The notes under the pieces were generated by a model. It made no database searches. It was not told where the DNA came from and saw only the letters and a program-made list of their open reading frames with translations. Made by a program: the position numbers and the translations under genes. Shown in pieces: positions 45,835 to 55,141 of a stretch of DNA of 64,000 bases (position 1 is the first letter of the stretch; each line of letters opens with the position of its first letter). The stretch spans positions 143,212 through 207,211 of the forward strand of contig JAUWZS010000001.1 in NCBI GenBank assembly GCA_030615205.1, written 5' to 3'. This DNA comes from Candidatus Aenigmatarchaeota archaeon. GTDB lineage: Archaea > Aenigmatarchaeota > Aenigmatarchaeia > CG10238-14 > SCSR01.

Positions 45835-47151
45835 TCACTTTTGTAGATTGGATGCTTTTGGATATTTCCTTTTGAGTCCCTCTAATGTCACTTTCAATTG
45901 TTTATGCACACCATAAATACTCATAAATAATAATGCTCTTCTCAGCACGTACTGTCTGTGGGAGAACCATGGAAGCGAAACCGCATCCCTCACCATTTTT
46001 GACCAGCCTTCGTTCGTATCTGGTCTCTTAAATCCATTTTTCACAGCATCTTCCCATAAAGGCGTTTTCGGATAAGGAGTATAAATTTGAAGTTGCCAGT
46101 CTATATTTTCATTTATTTTTTTTAGTTTCTTGATGAATTGATATGTTTTTTGTCTATCCTTTTTGGTCTCATTAGGAAAACCGACAATAAAACTCAATTG
46201 TGCTACAATTCCAGTCCCTTTCAGATTGACCACAGCTCTTTCTATGTCTTTTGTGGTGATGCCTTTGTTCACAACTCTCAAAGTTTTATCAGAGCCAGAT
46301 TCCGCTCCTATATAAACACATTTGCAGCCATTTTTTTTAAGCCAATTTACAGTGTCTTTTGTAATTTCATTCGCCCTTGCCTGTACAAAGAATGGCAACC
46401 CTACCATCTCGATTATTTTTCTGCTTCTCTCACTATTGATGAAAAATATATCATCATTGAAATAAATACCGTCGATATCATAATTTTCTTTCAAATAATT
46501 TACCTGCTCCATAACTGCATTTATACTGTGTGCTCGCCATCTTCCCTTATTGAAACAGAATCCGCACTTGAACATACATCCTCTGGATGTCATCAGTGGC
46601 AACACTGTCTTCAATCCGGCATATCCAAAAGAATATCTGTTCAAATCTAATTTGCGAAAATCGGGTTTATAATCATCCAAATTCACAAAGTCTCTTTTTG
46701 GAGATTCAAAAAAACCATTATCATAGTATGCAACTCCTTTTATGTTGTGCGGGCTCTTATTATTGCTCAACGCTTCAGCCAATTCACAGGCAGTCTCTTC
46801 ACCTTCATACATAACAACATAATCGATATAATCCTGCTTTGTACACAATTGGGGCAGTATAGTTGCATGAGCACCGCCCCACACAACAGGAATATCCATT
46901 GCTTTAATTTTTTTTGAAGCCTTTATTGTCGGTATTAAAGCCTGTCCAGTCAAAATAGAAAATCCTACAAAAATAGGATTCTGCGCTCGTGCCATTGCAT
47001 ACAGCTTATTTAAATCATTACTACGGATGTGTAAAAGTTCTACTGAAAATCCTTTCTTCTCTAGTGCATCGGACAAATAAAGTATCCCAAAAGGGACCCA
47101 AAGCATGCTATCTTTTTCGATTTTGCACAGAATCACTTTTTTCTTTTTCAT
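45835..47151 (-). CDS. B12-binding-domain radical SAM enzyme
   Basis: N-terminal cobalamin-binding-like domain; SRGCMFKCGFCFN (CxxxCxxC). Confidence 0.85.
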   Translation of the reverse strand: MKKKKVILCKIEKDSMLWVPFGILYLSDALEKKGFSVELLHIRSNDLNKLYAMARAQNPIFVGFSILTGQALIPTIKASKKIKAMDIPVVWGGAHATILPQLCTKQDYIDYVVMYEGEETACELAEALSNNKSPHNIKGVAYYDNGFFESPKRDFVNLDDYKPDFRKLDLNRYSFGYAGLKTVLPLMTSRGCMFKCGFCFNKGRWRAHSINAVMEQVNYLKENYDIDGIYFNDDIFFINSERSRKIIEMVGLPFFVQARANEITKDTVNWLKKNGCKCVYIGAESGSDKTLRVVNKGITTKDIERAVVNLKGTGIVAQLSFIVGFPNETKKDRQKTYQFIKKLKKINENIDWQLQIYTPYPKTPLWEDAVKNGFKRPDTNEGWSKMVRDAVSLPWFSHRQYVLRRALLFMSIYGVHKQLKVTLEGLKRKYPKASNLQK

Positions 47152-47182
47152 CTATTCACACCATTTTTCTTATTCACCATAG

Positions 47183-48271
47183 TCAAATCCAATTTTCATA
47201 TACGACACATGGAGCACAAACCAAGCCGCCTCCTTCTCTAAATAACTTTTTAGCATAATTAGGATTCTTAACGGCTTTCCTTGCGTTCTGATATTTTTCG
47301 TTGTTCCATATCGCCTTGAAATTCTTTTCATTCAAGACGTTCCCGAAATCATATCTCTTGGGAAATATTGCACAACAGGGAGAGATGCCACCGTCAGAAT
47401 TAATCACGACGGCCTTCCACAGCCAGTTGCATCTTTTCTTTAGGTTTTTTTTCTTACCACCCTTAGTATAGGCACTGTACCTGCTGCCCAGCGGTGGGAG
47501 ATGCTCTTTACTAATCTCATAACTATATTCAAATGGCTTATCTACCTCACTCATGTAGACCTGCGCTGCAGCAATCCTTATGGCATCCACGCCTATTTCT
47601 CTTGCCAACTTTATCACTTTTTCAACCTCGTGTTGGTTGTGCTTGAACACCAAAAACTGCCAAACAACAAATGGGTTATCCTTGCCAAGCTCTTTTCTTT
47701 TTTCTAGAATTTTTTTTGAATTGTCAATGACTTTTTTTAAACTACCCCCACGCCTATATTTTTCATATATTTTCTGCGTCGTACCATCTATTGATACGCA
47801 CATCAGATTCAAATCCGATTCTATTAACTCCTCGGTATCTTTGTCCGATAGCGTGACATTCAGATTGGTAGCCGTGCTGACAAACGGAACGCATTTGACT
47901 TTTTTAGCATATTTGACCATCCTGAAAAATTCTTTGTTCAACAGTGGTTCCCCCCAGTTCGTGAAAAGTATGCTTATGAGATAATCTCCCAGCTTGTCGA
48001 TGATTCTTTTGAACTCATCGAATTTCAGCAAACACCGCGGCCTAGATGTGTCTCCCTGGCCAGTGGGGCAGAGTGGACAGTGCAGATTGCAGACAGTTGA
48101 AGGATCAATCAACGCAAAATATGGATAGCTTGACAACTTAATAGAGCCTAACTTGAAGTGAATGTTGGCTTTTATGAAATTCCACACTTTTCTTATGCTC
48201 TTTGGGAAAAAAACCCTTTCTTGCCATTTCGGATTGTATTTTGGATTGAATACATGCTCTTCAATTATCAT
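47183..48271 (-). CDS. Radical SAM enzyme with C-terminal SPASM-like Cys cluster
   Basis: CNLHCPLCPTG (CxxxCxxC). C-terminal CNWLW...GGISPCCAIF...VCAPC. The ATG at 48271 is supported by alignment with the remnant; GTG 48280 is the alternative. Confidence 0.85.
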   Translation of the reverse strand: MIIEEHVFNPKYNPKWQERVFFPKSIRKVWNFIKANIHFKLGSIKLSSYPYFALIDPSTVCNLHCPLCPTGQGDTSRPRCLLKFDEFKRIIDKLGDYLISILFTNWGEPLLNKEFFRMVKYAKKVKCVPFVSTATNLNVTLSDKDTEELIESDLNLMCVSIDGTTQKIYEKYRRGGSLKKVIDNSKKILEKRKELGKDNPFVVWQFLVFKHNQHEVEKVIKLAREIGVDAIRIAAAQVYMSEVDKPFEYSYEISKEHLPPLGSRYSAYTKGGKKKNLKKRCNWLWKAVVINSDGGISPCCAIFPKRYDFGNVLNEKNFKAIWNNEKYQNARKAVKNPNYAKKLFREGGGLVCAPCVVYENWI

Positions 48272-48276
48272 CGTAC

Positions 48277-49068
48277 TCACTTTTTCAATATATCTTTGGG
48301 CAACACAAACTCTACTTCGTGGCTTGTGATATAGTCCAGGATCCTATCCAACAGGGCAGACCTGTTCGCCGAACCAATCAACCATGGATGAAAATTCAGA
48401 TTGAATATTTTACCTGATTTGTCGAACTGAGTTTTGAGTGATTGATATGCGAAATCCAAACGATTCTTTGGTGATTTTTGCTTTGGATCTACAAGTTCGA
48501 GTAACTCACCATCTTGTGAGGAGAGTAAAGGAATTTCCAACAAGCCACCAATCTTGAACGGTTCTTTTTTGTAAGTCTTCCACAACATACTAAAGAACAG
48601 ATATTTAACCAGAGGGAACGCAGTCCCAGGAGCTTTTAGTATCTCTGTGCGGAAGATACTACGGTTGCTTACCCATTTATATCCACGCTTTTTCAGAATA
48701 GAATAGACCCTCTTATTATGAATAAGCCATGGCGATCTTACGCCAAAAAGTTTCTCATCGGTAATATCTTCAACCAACTTTTCTGTTTTTCTCAATACAG
48801 CACCTAATTCTCCTATCTGCTCCAACTGCACAAAATTCTCGTGCGCATAACCGTGGGACGCTATTTCATGTCCCTTATTATGTAGTTCTTTTATCATGTC
48901 TGGAAATCTTTCGACAACTATGCCACATGTGTTAAATGCAGCTCTTACTTTATGTTTGTCCAGAATTTTCGATATCTTCTGCATGTTCTCCCTCAAGTCA
49001 AAACGCCTTTTAGATGGAGCATCCAAGCACGCTTCCAAGTCAAAAAATACTGTAACCATCTTTTTCAT
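48277..49068 (-). CDS. Polysaccharide deacetylase (CE4/NodB-like), divergent
   Basis: FFDLEA (motif 1-like), SHGYAHE (HxxxH), VRSPW (RxPY-like). Confidence 0.65.
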   Translation of the reverse strand: MKKMVTVFFDLEACLDAPSKRRFDLRENMQKISKILDKHKVRAAFNTCGIVVERFPDMIKELHNKGHEIASHGYAHENFVQLEQIGELGAVLRKTEKLVEDITDEKLFGVRSPWLIHNKRVYSILKKRGYKWVSNRSIFRTEILKAPGTAFPLVKYLFFSMLWKTYKKEPFKIGGLLEIPLLSSQDGELLELVDPKQKSPKNRLDFAYQSLKTQFDKSGKIFNLNFHPWLIGSANRSALLDRILDYITSHEVEFVLPKDILKK

Positions 49069-49385
49069 TTTTCACCGCCCTTTTCCCAATAAAGATGGCA
49101 CCTACAATCGAAAATTCTTTCCAACATCCTCAAGTCAAACCTGTCAAATGGATCATCTCTACAGTTTTGGGGGCGTTTCTTGTATATCGCACATCTATTA
49201 TTCTTAAGGTGCTTACATCCTGCACAACAGCGCCCACAGCCTGGAGGGCACTTACCTTTCCGTAATTTTATCTGTTCAATAACATACTCTGGTTTGAACG
49301 TGAACAGGTAGTACATTCGAATATCCCTTACTATAAATAACATCTTCTTGTAAATCCGCCTCCACAACTTCAAAATAGTTTTCAT
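49065..49385 (-). CDS. YkgJ-type Zn/Fe-chelating Cys-cluster protein (CxxCxxCC family)
   Basis: CPPGCGRCCAGC...RCAIYKKRPQNCRDDPF. Confidence 0.7.
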   Translation of the reverse strand: MKTILKLWRRIYKKMLFIVRDIRMYYLFTFKPEYVIEQIKLRKGKCPPGCGRCCAGCKHLKNNRCAIYKKRPQNCRDDPFDRFDLRMLERIFDCRCHLYWEKGGEK

Positions 49386-50128
49386 TCTTTCACCTTACAC
49401 ACAGCGCAAAACACAGACTCATCTTCGCGCTTCAGGTCTTCTTTGTTAACTTCGATCCAGGTGTCTTGATACTTTACGTAATATTCGGAATGTATGATTC
49501 TGAACCTCTTGAGCAATCCTTTCAATCCCTTTTCATCATAGGAGCGCTCCCAGCTTGACGAAAAACATCCAAATGGAATAGTAATTATCAAAATTCCTTG
49601 TGGTTTGAGTATTTTCCTTATTTTTTCCATGGTTTTCAAGTCGCCATTCATGTCCATCTCGTCACCATAAAAACCAAGTCCCACGTGTTCAACACTCGAT
49701 ACAACAGTAACGCAATCGAATTTTCTTTTGAATCCTATCTTCAAGAAATCACCCTTTATGAACTCGAGGTTCGAATGCCTTAACACATAATCCTGTATGT
49801 CGACACCAGTGACCTTGTAGCCCATGCATGCAAGCTGTAAAGCTAGTATACTCTCAGCACAACCGAAATCCAATATTTTTGAACCTTTTGGAAGATTCGA
49901 TGTGTTCTTTATCACAAAAGCATTCTCGACTATACGAGGGGACACAATTAATTTGACTTTTTCCATATTAAACATCGTCCTGAAGAATTTAACGAACTTG
50001 TTATCGGCTGGAGCGCCCTCTATACCATACCGCACGGATGGCGCCATATCTAAGGGTGGCAATAACATCTCGTAGAGTTTCCCAAGTTTGTGATGCGTTT
50101 TTTTCCTCACGAACTTTTCTTTAACCAT
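49382..50128 (-). CDS. Class I SAM methyltransferase
   Basis: ILDFGCAESILALQLACMGYKVTGVDI. Confidence 0.8.
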   Translation of the reverse strand: MVKEKFVRKKTHHKLGKLYEMLLPPLDMAPSVRYGIEGAPADNKFVKFFRTMFNMEKVKLIVSPRIVENAFVIKNTSNLPKGSKILDFGCAESILALQLACMGYKVTGVDIQDYVLRHSNLEFIKGDFLKIGFKRKFDCVTVVSSVEHVGLGFYGDEMDMNGDLKTMEKIRKILKPQGILIITIPFGCFSSSWERSYDEKGLKGLLKRFRIIHSEYYVKYQDTWIEVNKEDLKREDESVFCAVCKVKE

Positions 50129-50192
50129 TTTAACACCTTATCCAAAAGTCTTAAACTTGCTTTTCGCTGATATCTATTTCAATTTTCATTTA

Positions 50193-51731
50193 TCAAATCT
50201 CTATATAAGATTTAGTTATAAATTTTGATAAATAATTTCTAAATTGATTGATCTGCCGCTTAAATACAGGTGTTTTCTCCACTACAAAATCTAAAACCTT
50301 CAAATCTTCTTCAACATAAAAATTCAGCTTCAAAAGAACTGAAAAGTAAATTAAACTAGCTATAATAACAAAAATTCCTGCAACCCAAAGATTAGGAGTA
50401 AGTGGTTTCGTAAAGAACAAAAATAAAAACGATGTTGCGATTGCAATCAAAACCTTTCCAATAGATTTTTTTGGCAACCTTATAGTCAAATATTTTTTAA
50501 TAAATAAAGATGTTATAGCGAGCAATGAAGCGGACGACAAAAGATAAGAAATCGCCAAACCTTCTGCAGAAAAATAATAAGTTAAAATTACAGCCGAAAT
50601 GATGTAGACTAAAGCAGAAATAACATGACTGTCCCTATATTTTTTTGGTTTTCCTATTGCGTATAGACTTGAAAGAAGGGGGGTTGCCAAACCGAGAAAC
50701 ACTGATCCTAAGACTAAAAAAGGTAAAAAAGATACTGCGGCTAAATATGCCTCAGTTGAAAAGAGTAGTATAAGGTATTTTGAAAAGACTATCATAAAAA
50801 GTGCTAATGGTAAAACAGTAAAAATGCTATATCTGAACACTAATGATATAAGGTATGATTGTTTTGACTTCGAATTTTTATCTACAGATAGGCCCGAAGT
50901 TATGGGAAATAGCGCGGTGGAAAAAATTATCGGTATGATTAAAACCACAGAAGCTATTTTCATTGCGACTGCGAAAAGCCCGGTTAGTTCAACACCTTTC
51001 ATGGATGAGAGTATGATAAAGTGACTCTTGTTGAGAATAACGGAAAAGAAAACTACTACAAATGCGGGTATAGAGTACTTGAATATAAGTTTTTTATCTA
51101 TGGTCTCTTTTTTTGAAACTTTGAACATGCCCCTTTCAATTCGAGTTAAAAAGATTATGAGGTATGCAAGAGTAAATGCTATTATTGCCCCTAAATAATC
51201 TAGACCCAAATGTATAAACAACAAAACAAAAGCTATCATCGACAATTCTCCATAAAGGTTTGTTAAAAAAACCTTTTTCATATTTTGAAAACCGTAATAG
51301 ACAAATCCGAGAATCGATGCAAACGCCATTATTATTGTAGAAGCAGCTACTAACCATATTACATCTGGAATCAAATTAAGAATGTTAGAAAGTTGTGTAG
51401 AAAAAACAATTAAGCCACCGGAAATAACTAAAGATGAAATTAAAGTTACTTTTAAAGAAAATAATATTAGACCGTATGTTTTATTTTTTTGTTTTCTTTC
51501 GATTAGCTCTGGGATTAATTTATTTACAGTTGTTCCCAAGCCAACCAAACTCAAAGCTGATAAAAGGGTGACTGTTTGCAAAGAGACAGCAACTATACCA
51601 TAAGAATCTGGCAAAAGTGTTTTTCCAAGAAGTATCCAGAATAGCATAAAGAGCAAAGTATTAAAAAACCAATTAAGAGAAAGATAGGTTGCATTTGAAA
51701 TTAATTTATCTTTTATTGACATTTGAATCAT
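50193..51731 (-). CDS. Wzx-like oligosaccharide flippase (MOP/polysaccharide biosynthesis family)
   Basis: 512 aa with about 14 TM. N-terminus ...LFWILLGKTLLPDSYG is typical of the family. Confidence 0.8.
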   Translation of the reverse strand: MIQMSIKDKLISNATYLSLNWFFNTLLFMLFWILLGKTLLPDSYGIVAVSLQTVTLLSALSLVGLGTTVNKLIPELIERKQKNKTYGLILFSLKVTLISSLVISGGLIVFSTQLSNILNLIPDVIWLVAASTIIMAFASILGFVYYGFQNMKKVFLTNLYGELSMIAFVLLFIHLGLDYLGAIIAFTLAYLIIFLTRIERGMFKVSKKETIDKKLIFKYSIPAFVVVFFSVILNKSHFIILSSMKGVELTGLFAVAMKIASVVLIIPIIFSTALFPITSGLSVDKNSKSKQSYLISLVFRYSIFTVLPLALFMIVFSKYLILLFSTEAYLAAVSFLPFLVLGSVFLGLATPLLSSLYAIGKPKKYRDSHVISALVYIISAVILTYYFSAEGLAISYLLSSASLLAITSLFIKKYLTIRLPKKSIGKVLIAIATSFLFLFFTKPLTPNLWVAGIFVIIASLIYFSVLLKLNFYVEEDLKVLDFVVEKTPVFKRQINQFRNYLSKFITKSYIEI

Positions 51732-51737
51732 TTCTTA

Positions 51738-53195
51738 TCATTTTTTCAAAGCCTTAAACAAGTATCTGAAAAATATCGGAGTTGCTTTGAACACTCGCTT
51801 GGTTTCATTCCAACTAGTCGCCATGAGCTTTAGTGTTTTTAAAATAAATTTTGGTCGCAAATAAAATTCTACTCTCGCCTTGTTACAAAGTTCGATTATT
51901 TCTTCTTTTGTCAAGTTGGGCGTGGATATAAGAGAGTCATGCCATCCTTCCTTTGTGTTCCATTTTGAGAAGTCATTCGTTGTCAGATATTTATTTTTTT
52001 GTGCCCATTCATATGCTTCTGTGCCTGGATATACTATAAGCGGGAAGAATTGTACATCGTTCGGATCCAGTTCCTTTGCAAATTCTATAGTTTTCATTGC
52101 GGTCTCTTTTGTCTCTTCTGGCAGACCAATAATGAAACACCCGTGAACAAGTAATCCGGCCTTTTTTGCGTTTTTCGCATATTCTCTGGACTGCTCCAAC
52201 GTTATACCTTTATGTGCATTGTCTAAAAGCTTTTGCACACCACTTTCATATCCAGGTATAATCAATCTGCATCCAGCCTGTTTCATAAGCTTCATAGTTT
52301 CTAAATCAAGACTAACGCGAGTGTTAGCGTACCACTTTATCTTTTTATTTATACCTTTCTCAACAATCATTCTGCAAATTTTACGTACACGCCCAATATC
52401 AGCTGTTAAAGTGTCATCCTCTATTCCTATTTCTTTCACTTCTGGCATATTGTTGGCAATGTGTTCAAATTCTTCAACCACGTTTTCCGCACTTCTGAGC
52501 CTGTACTTGTGCCCATGAAAAACCTGTGGCCAATTACACCAAAAGCATTTGAACGGACAACCGCGACCGGTTATTATCATTACCATCGGGTAGCCTGATG
52601 AAGAAAAGAAATAATCCTTCAAGTTAAGATACCTCTTGTAAACTTCGCTGACAAATGGCAAGTTATCGAGGTTTTCAATCATCGGCCTATTTTCATTGAA
52701 AACAATTTTTCCCTCGCTCGAACGGAAAACTATTCCCTTAACATTCTTCAAATCTCTTTTGTGTTCTATGCATCTTGCTAGCTCCGGTAATGTGTAATCA
52801 TATTCGTGTATTGTAACAGCATCTATATTTTCATTCAATTTTAATGTCTCCTCCGGCAACGCAGAAACATGAGTTCCAACCAAAACAACAAAAGCATTTG
52901 TAACGTTTTTTAGTTTCGAAGCTACTTTTACATCGTTAAATATACTTGGTGTGGATGTATCTACAACGATCATTTTTGGTTCGAATTCTTTTACAATTTC
53001 AATAGCATCATCAAGTGATAATCCCTGAGCAGGTGCGTCGATTAATTTAACTTCAAAACCTTCTTTTTCTAAAACCCCTGTAGCGTAGGCGAGCCAGATG
53101 GGATAATAGATTGTTCCACCTTTTGTAACAGCAGGTGACCTAGAATTCCTAGAATACTTTGGAAGGAAGGGTGGGTTTAACGTCAATATTTTCAT
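51738..53195 (-). CDS. B12-binding-domain radical SAM enzyme (second copy, different subfamily)
   Basis: MKILTLNPPFLPKYSRNSRSPAVTKGGTIYYPIWLAYATG N-terminus; GRGCPFKCFWCNW (CxxxCxxC). Confidence 0.85.
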   Translation of the reverse strand: MKILTLNPPFLPKYSRNSRSPAVTKGGTIYYPIWLAYATGVLEKEGFEVKLIDAPAQGLSLDDAIEIVKEFEPKMIVVDTSTPSIFNDVKVASKLKNVTNAFVVLVGTHVSALPEETLKLNENIDAVTIHEYDYTLPELARCIEHKRDLKNVKGIVFRSSEGKIVFNENRPMIENLDNLPFVSEVYKRYLNLKDYFFSSSGYPMVMIITGRGCPFKCFWCNWPQVFHGHKYRLRSAENVVEEFEHIANNMPEVKEIGIEDDTLTADIGRVRKICRMIVEKGINKKIKWYANTRVSLDLETMKLMKQAGCRLIIPGYESGVQKLLDNAHKGITLEQSREYAKNAKKAGLLVHGCFIIGLPEETKETAMKTIEFAKELDPNDVQFFPLIVYPGTEAYEWAQKNKYLTTNDFSKWNTKEGWHDSLISTPNLTKEEIIELCNKARVEFYLRPKFILKTLKLMATSWNETKRVFKATPIFFRYLFKALKK

Positions 53196-53208
53196 TCTCT
53201 ATCATCTT

Positions 53209-54099
53209 TTATTTTTTCATTAATTTTTTATTTCTTCTCGTCAACCCTTTTATCATACCTATAAACCATACAAAGTTCCTTAAAAAGGCAAAAATAGGTA
53301 GAGAGAATGCTTCCCATCTACCACTTTCCTTATACATACGCAAGGCCACTGGTATGCAAAGTAGTATGCTCGTGTCTATAAACATGCGTCGACTTGTATA
53401 TTCTTCAAACATCTCTCCATACTTTCTTTTGTGTGTCACACGGTAACTAGAATGTGATATACGACGTTTGAGCCATGTTTTAACAGAATCTGATGCGTGG
53501 TTATGATGCACCTGGATTTTATTTGTATGAAATATTTTATATCCGGAAGATGTAAATCTTCTTGAAAAGTCCCAATCCTCTCCAAGTGGTTCTTTAAGGC
53601 TGTAGTCTTTGAAGCCAGCAATAGATTTGAAGGCTTCTTTACGAATTGCGAGACACGTGGTTGCTGCTATGCTTACATAATTTTCTCCCATACGGTTGAA
53701 ACGGTCTTCGTATTCCAATCCTGTTGCAATTCCCAGCAGATTTCCTTTTTCTGGCGCAAGTGTTTTTCCTGAAATAGCATCTGTTTCTATTTCATCAAAC
53801 ATTTTAATAAGAGTTGTTATGGTCTTTGGTTTAACAGTACAGTCTGAATCGAGGAAAAATAATATACTTCCATTTGCATATTTTACTGCGAGATTTCGCA
53901 GGTATCCTACACCTTTAAAATTTGGTATGTAGATGCATTTTACTCTCCGGTCTTTGTCTGTCCATTTTATCTTATCGCTTATTAAAATGATCTCTATGTT
54001 TCTGTACGATTGGCGCTTTAGTGAATCTACGCACTCTTGCACTTCTTCTATATTGTCTTTAAATGGTGTTACTACAGAAACAAGTGGTTTCTTACTCAT
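53209..54099 (-). CDS. GT2 glycosyltransferase, paralog of 35580..36473
   Basis: VSVVTPFKDN, FFLDSDC, GEDWDFS. Long blocks are identical to the other copy. Confidence 0.85.
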   Translation of the reverse strand: MSKKPLVSVVTPFKDNIEEVQECVDSLKRQSYRNIEIILISDKIKWTDKDRRVKCIYIPNFKGVGYLRNLAVKYANGSILFFLDSDCTVKPKTITTLIKMFDEIETDAISGKTLAPEKGNLLGIATGLEYEDRFNRMGENYVSIAATTCLAIRKEAFKSIAGFKDYSLKEPLGEDWDFSRRFTSSGYKIFHTNKIQVHHNHASDSVKTWLKRRISHSSYRVTHKRKYGEMFEEYTSRRMFIDTSILLCIPVALRMYKESGRWEAFSLPIFAFLRNFVWFIGMIKGLTRRNKKLMKK

Positions 54100-54221
54100 T
54101 TCAATTCCCTCTCAACTATCTTGAACATTGGATAAAGTGTGCTGCCCCTAGTCACAGCCGGTGACCTTGAACTCCTAGAATATTTCGGCAAAAATGGCGG
54201 ATTTAGCAACGATATTTTCAT
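54096..54221 (-). pseudogene. 41-codon ORF homologous to the N-terminus of the B12-rSAM gene 51738..53195; likely a remnant retained as a coupled leader ORF
   Basis: MKISLLNPPFLPKYSRSSRSPAVTRGSTLYPMFKIVERELK* versus MKILTLNPPFLPKYSRNSRSPAVTKGGTIYYP... Its TGA overlaps the GT2 ATG (ATGA at 54096-54099). Confidence 0.5.
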
Positions 54222-54295
54222 CTTCTAACACCATATACAGTTTAGTGTTTCAACTTCTTGCCTAATATCCTCTTTTCATTATTCTTTCAAATCAA

Positions 54296-54670
54296 CTACT
54301 TTTTCCAAAATTTAAATAGTATTAGACTGCTTCCTATAAAATTAAATATCATATCAAAAATACTGAAATGCCGACCTGGTATAAAAAATTGGTGAATTTC
54401 GTCAGTAATGCCATAAAAGGTCGAAGTGAGTATTGCTAAAATAAATATGTACCAAAGGCTTATCTTCTCTCTAGAAAGTGCCCTAAATATTAGATAGCTG
54501 AGAATGAAAAATTCAGGAATATGTATTAGGCTCAAATCCATCTGAATCCCAACTTCTGGAGTGGGTATAGACGAAATATAAAATATGAAACCTGCGTACA
54601 AAAATACTGGTGTCCAGTATTTTTTAAAATTATTCCCCCATCCAACTGTATCAATAAATTTGTAAACCAT
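54296..54670 (-). CDS. VanZ-like membrane protein
   Basis: GITDEIHQFFIPGRHFSIFDMIFNFIGS matches the VanZ signature (DE.HQ.F.PGR..S..D...N..G). Confidence 0.8.
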   Translation of the reverse strand: MVYKFIDTVGWGNNFKKYWTPVFLYAGFIFYISSIPTPEVGIQMDLSLIHIPEFFILSYLIFRALSREKISLWYIFILAILTSTFYGITDEIHQFFIPGRHFSIFDMIFNFIGSSLILFKFWKK

Positions 54671-55141
54671 TTATAGACCCTTTAAGAATTTTTCGATTTC
54701 ATTGCAAATCTTATTTTCTGTTCTGACTTTTCCGAATTTTCTTGCAGACAATATTGCATTTAACAGATTTTTGATGTCATAAACTGCAGTTATCTTCTGC
54801 TTTTTTTCTAGAGCCCTTACTAAATCTAACTGGTGATCATTCACGTGCTCGTTATATTTTTTGTATCTCGGGACAGCTACGACCGGGTTACCATTGCTTA
54901 GGCCATTCAATATGCTGCCTGCACCTCCATGGGTGACGAATACCCTTGCGTTTTTGTAGAGTTTATTTAATTTATCAAACGTCGTGAATCTAAACCATTC
55001 TATATTTTCCGGCTCGTATGTCGAGTGGCCAATCTGTGCAATAACCTTTTCTTTTAATTTTTTGCTAGCAACCAGCCTATCTATCTCTTCAAGCAACCGA
55101 TTAAAACTTTGTGTATGTGTTCCAACCGTTACGAATATCAA
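54671..55141 (-). CDS. Alg13-like glycosyltransferase catalytic subunit (Glyco_tran_28_C)
   Basis: MIFVTVGTHTQSFNRLL..., THGGAGSI. Confidence 0.8.
   Translation of the reverse strand: MIFVTVGTHTQSFNRLLEEIDRLVASKKLKEKVIAQIGHSTYEPENIEWFRFTTFDKLNKLYKNARVFVTHGGAGSILNGLSNGNPVVAVPRYKKYNEHVNDHQLDLVRALEKKQKITAVYDIKNLLNAILSARKFGKVRTENKICNEIEKFLKGL

Noticed and set aside
45675-45875. 66-aa plus-strand ORF (TTG start)
   Set aside because: It is antisense to the rSAM-N-terminus remnant and the 3' end of the B12-rSAM gene. Its Phe/Tyr/Val-rich product looks non-coding.
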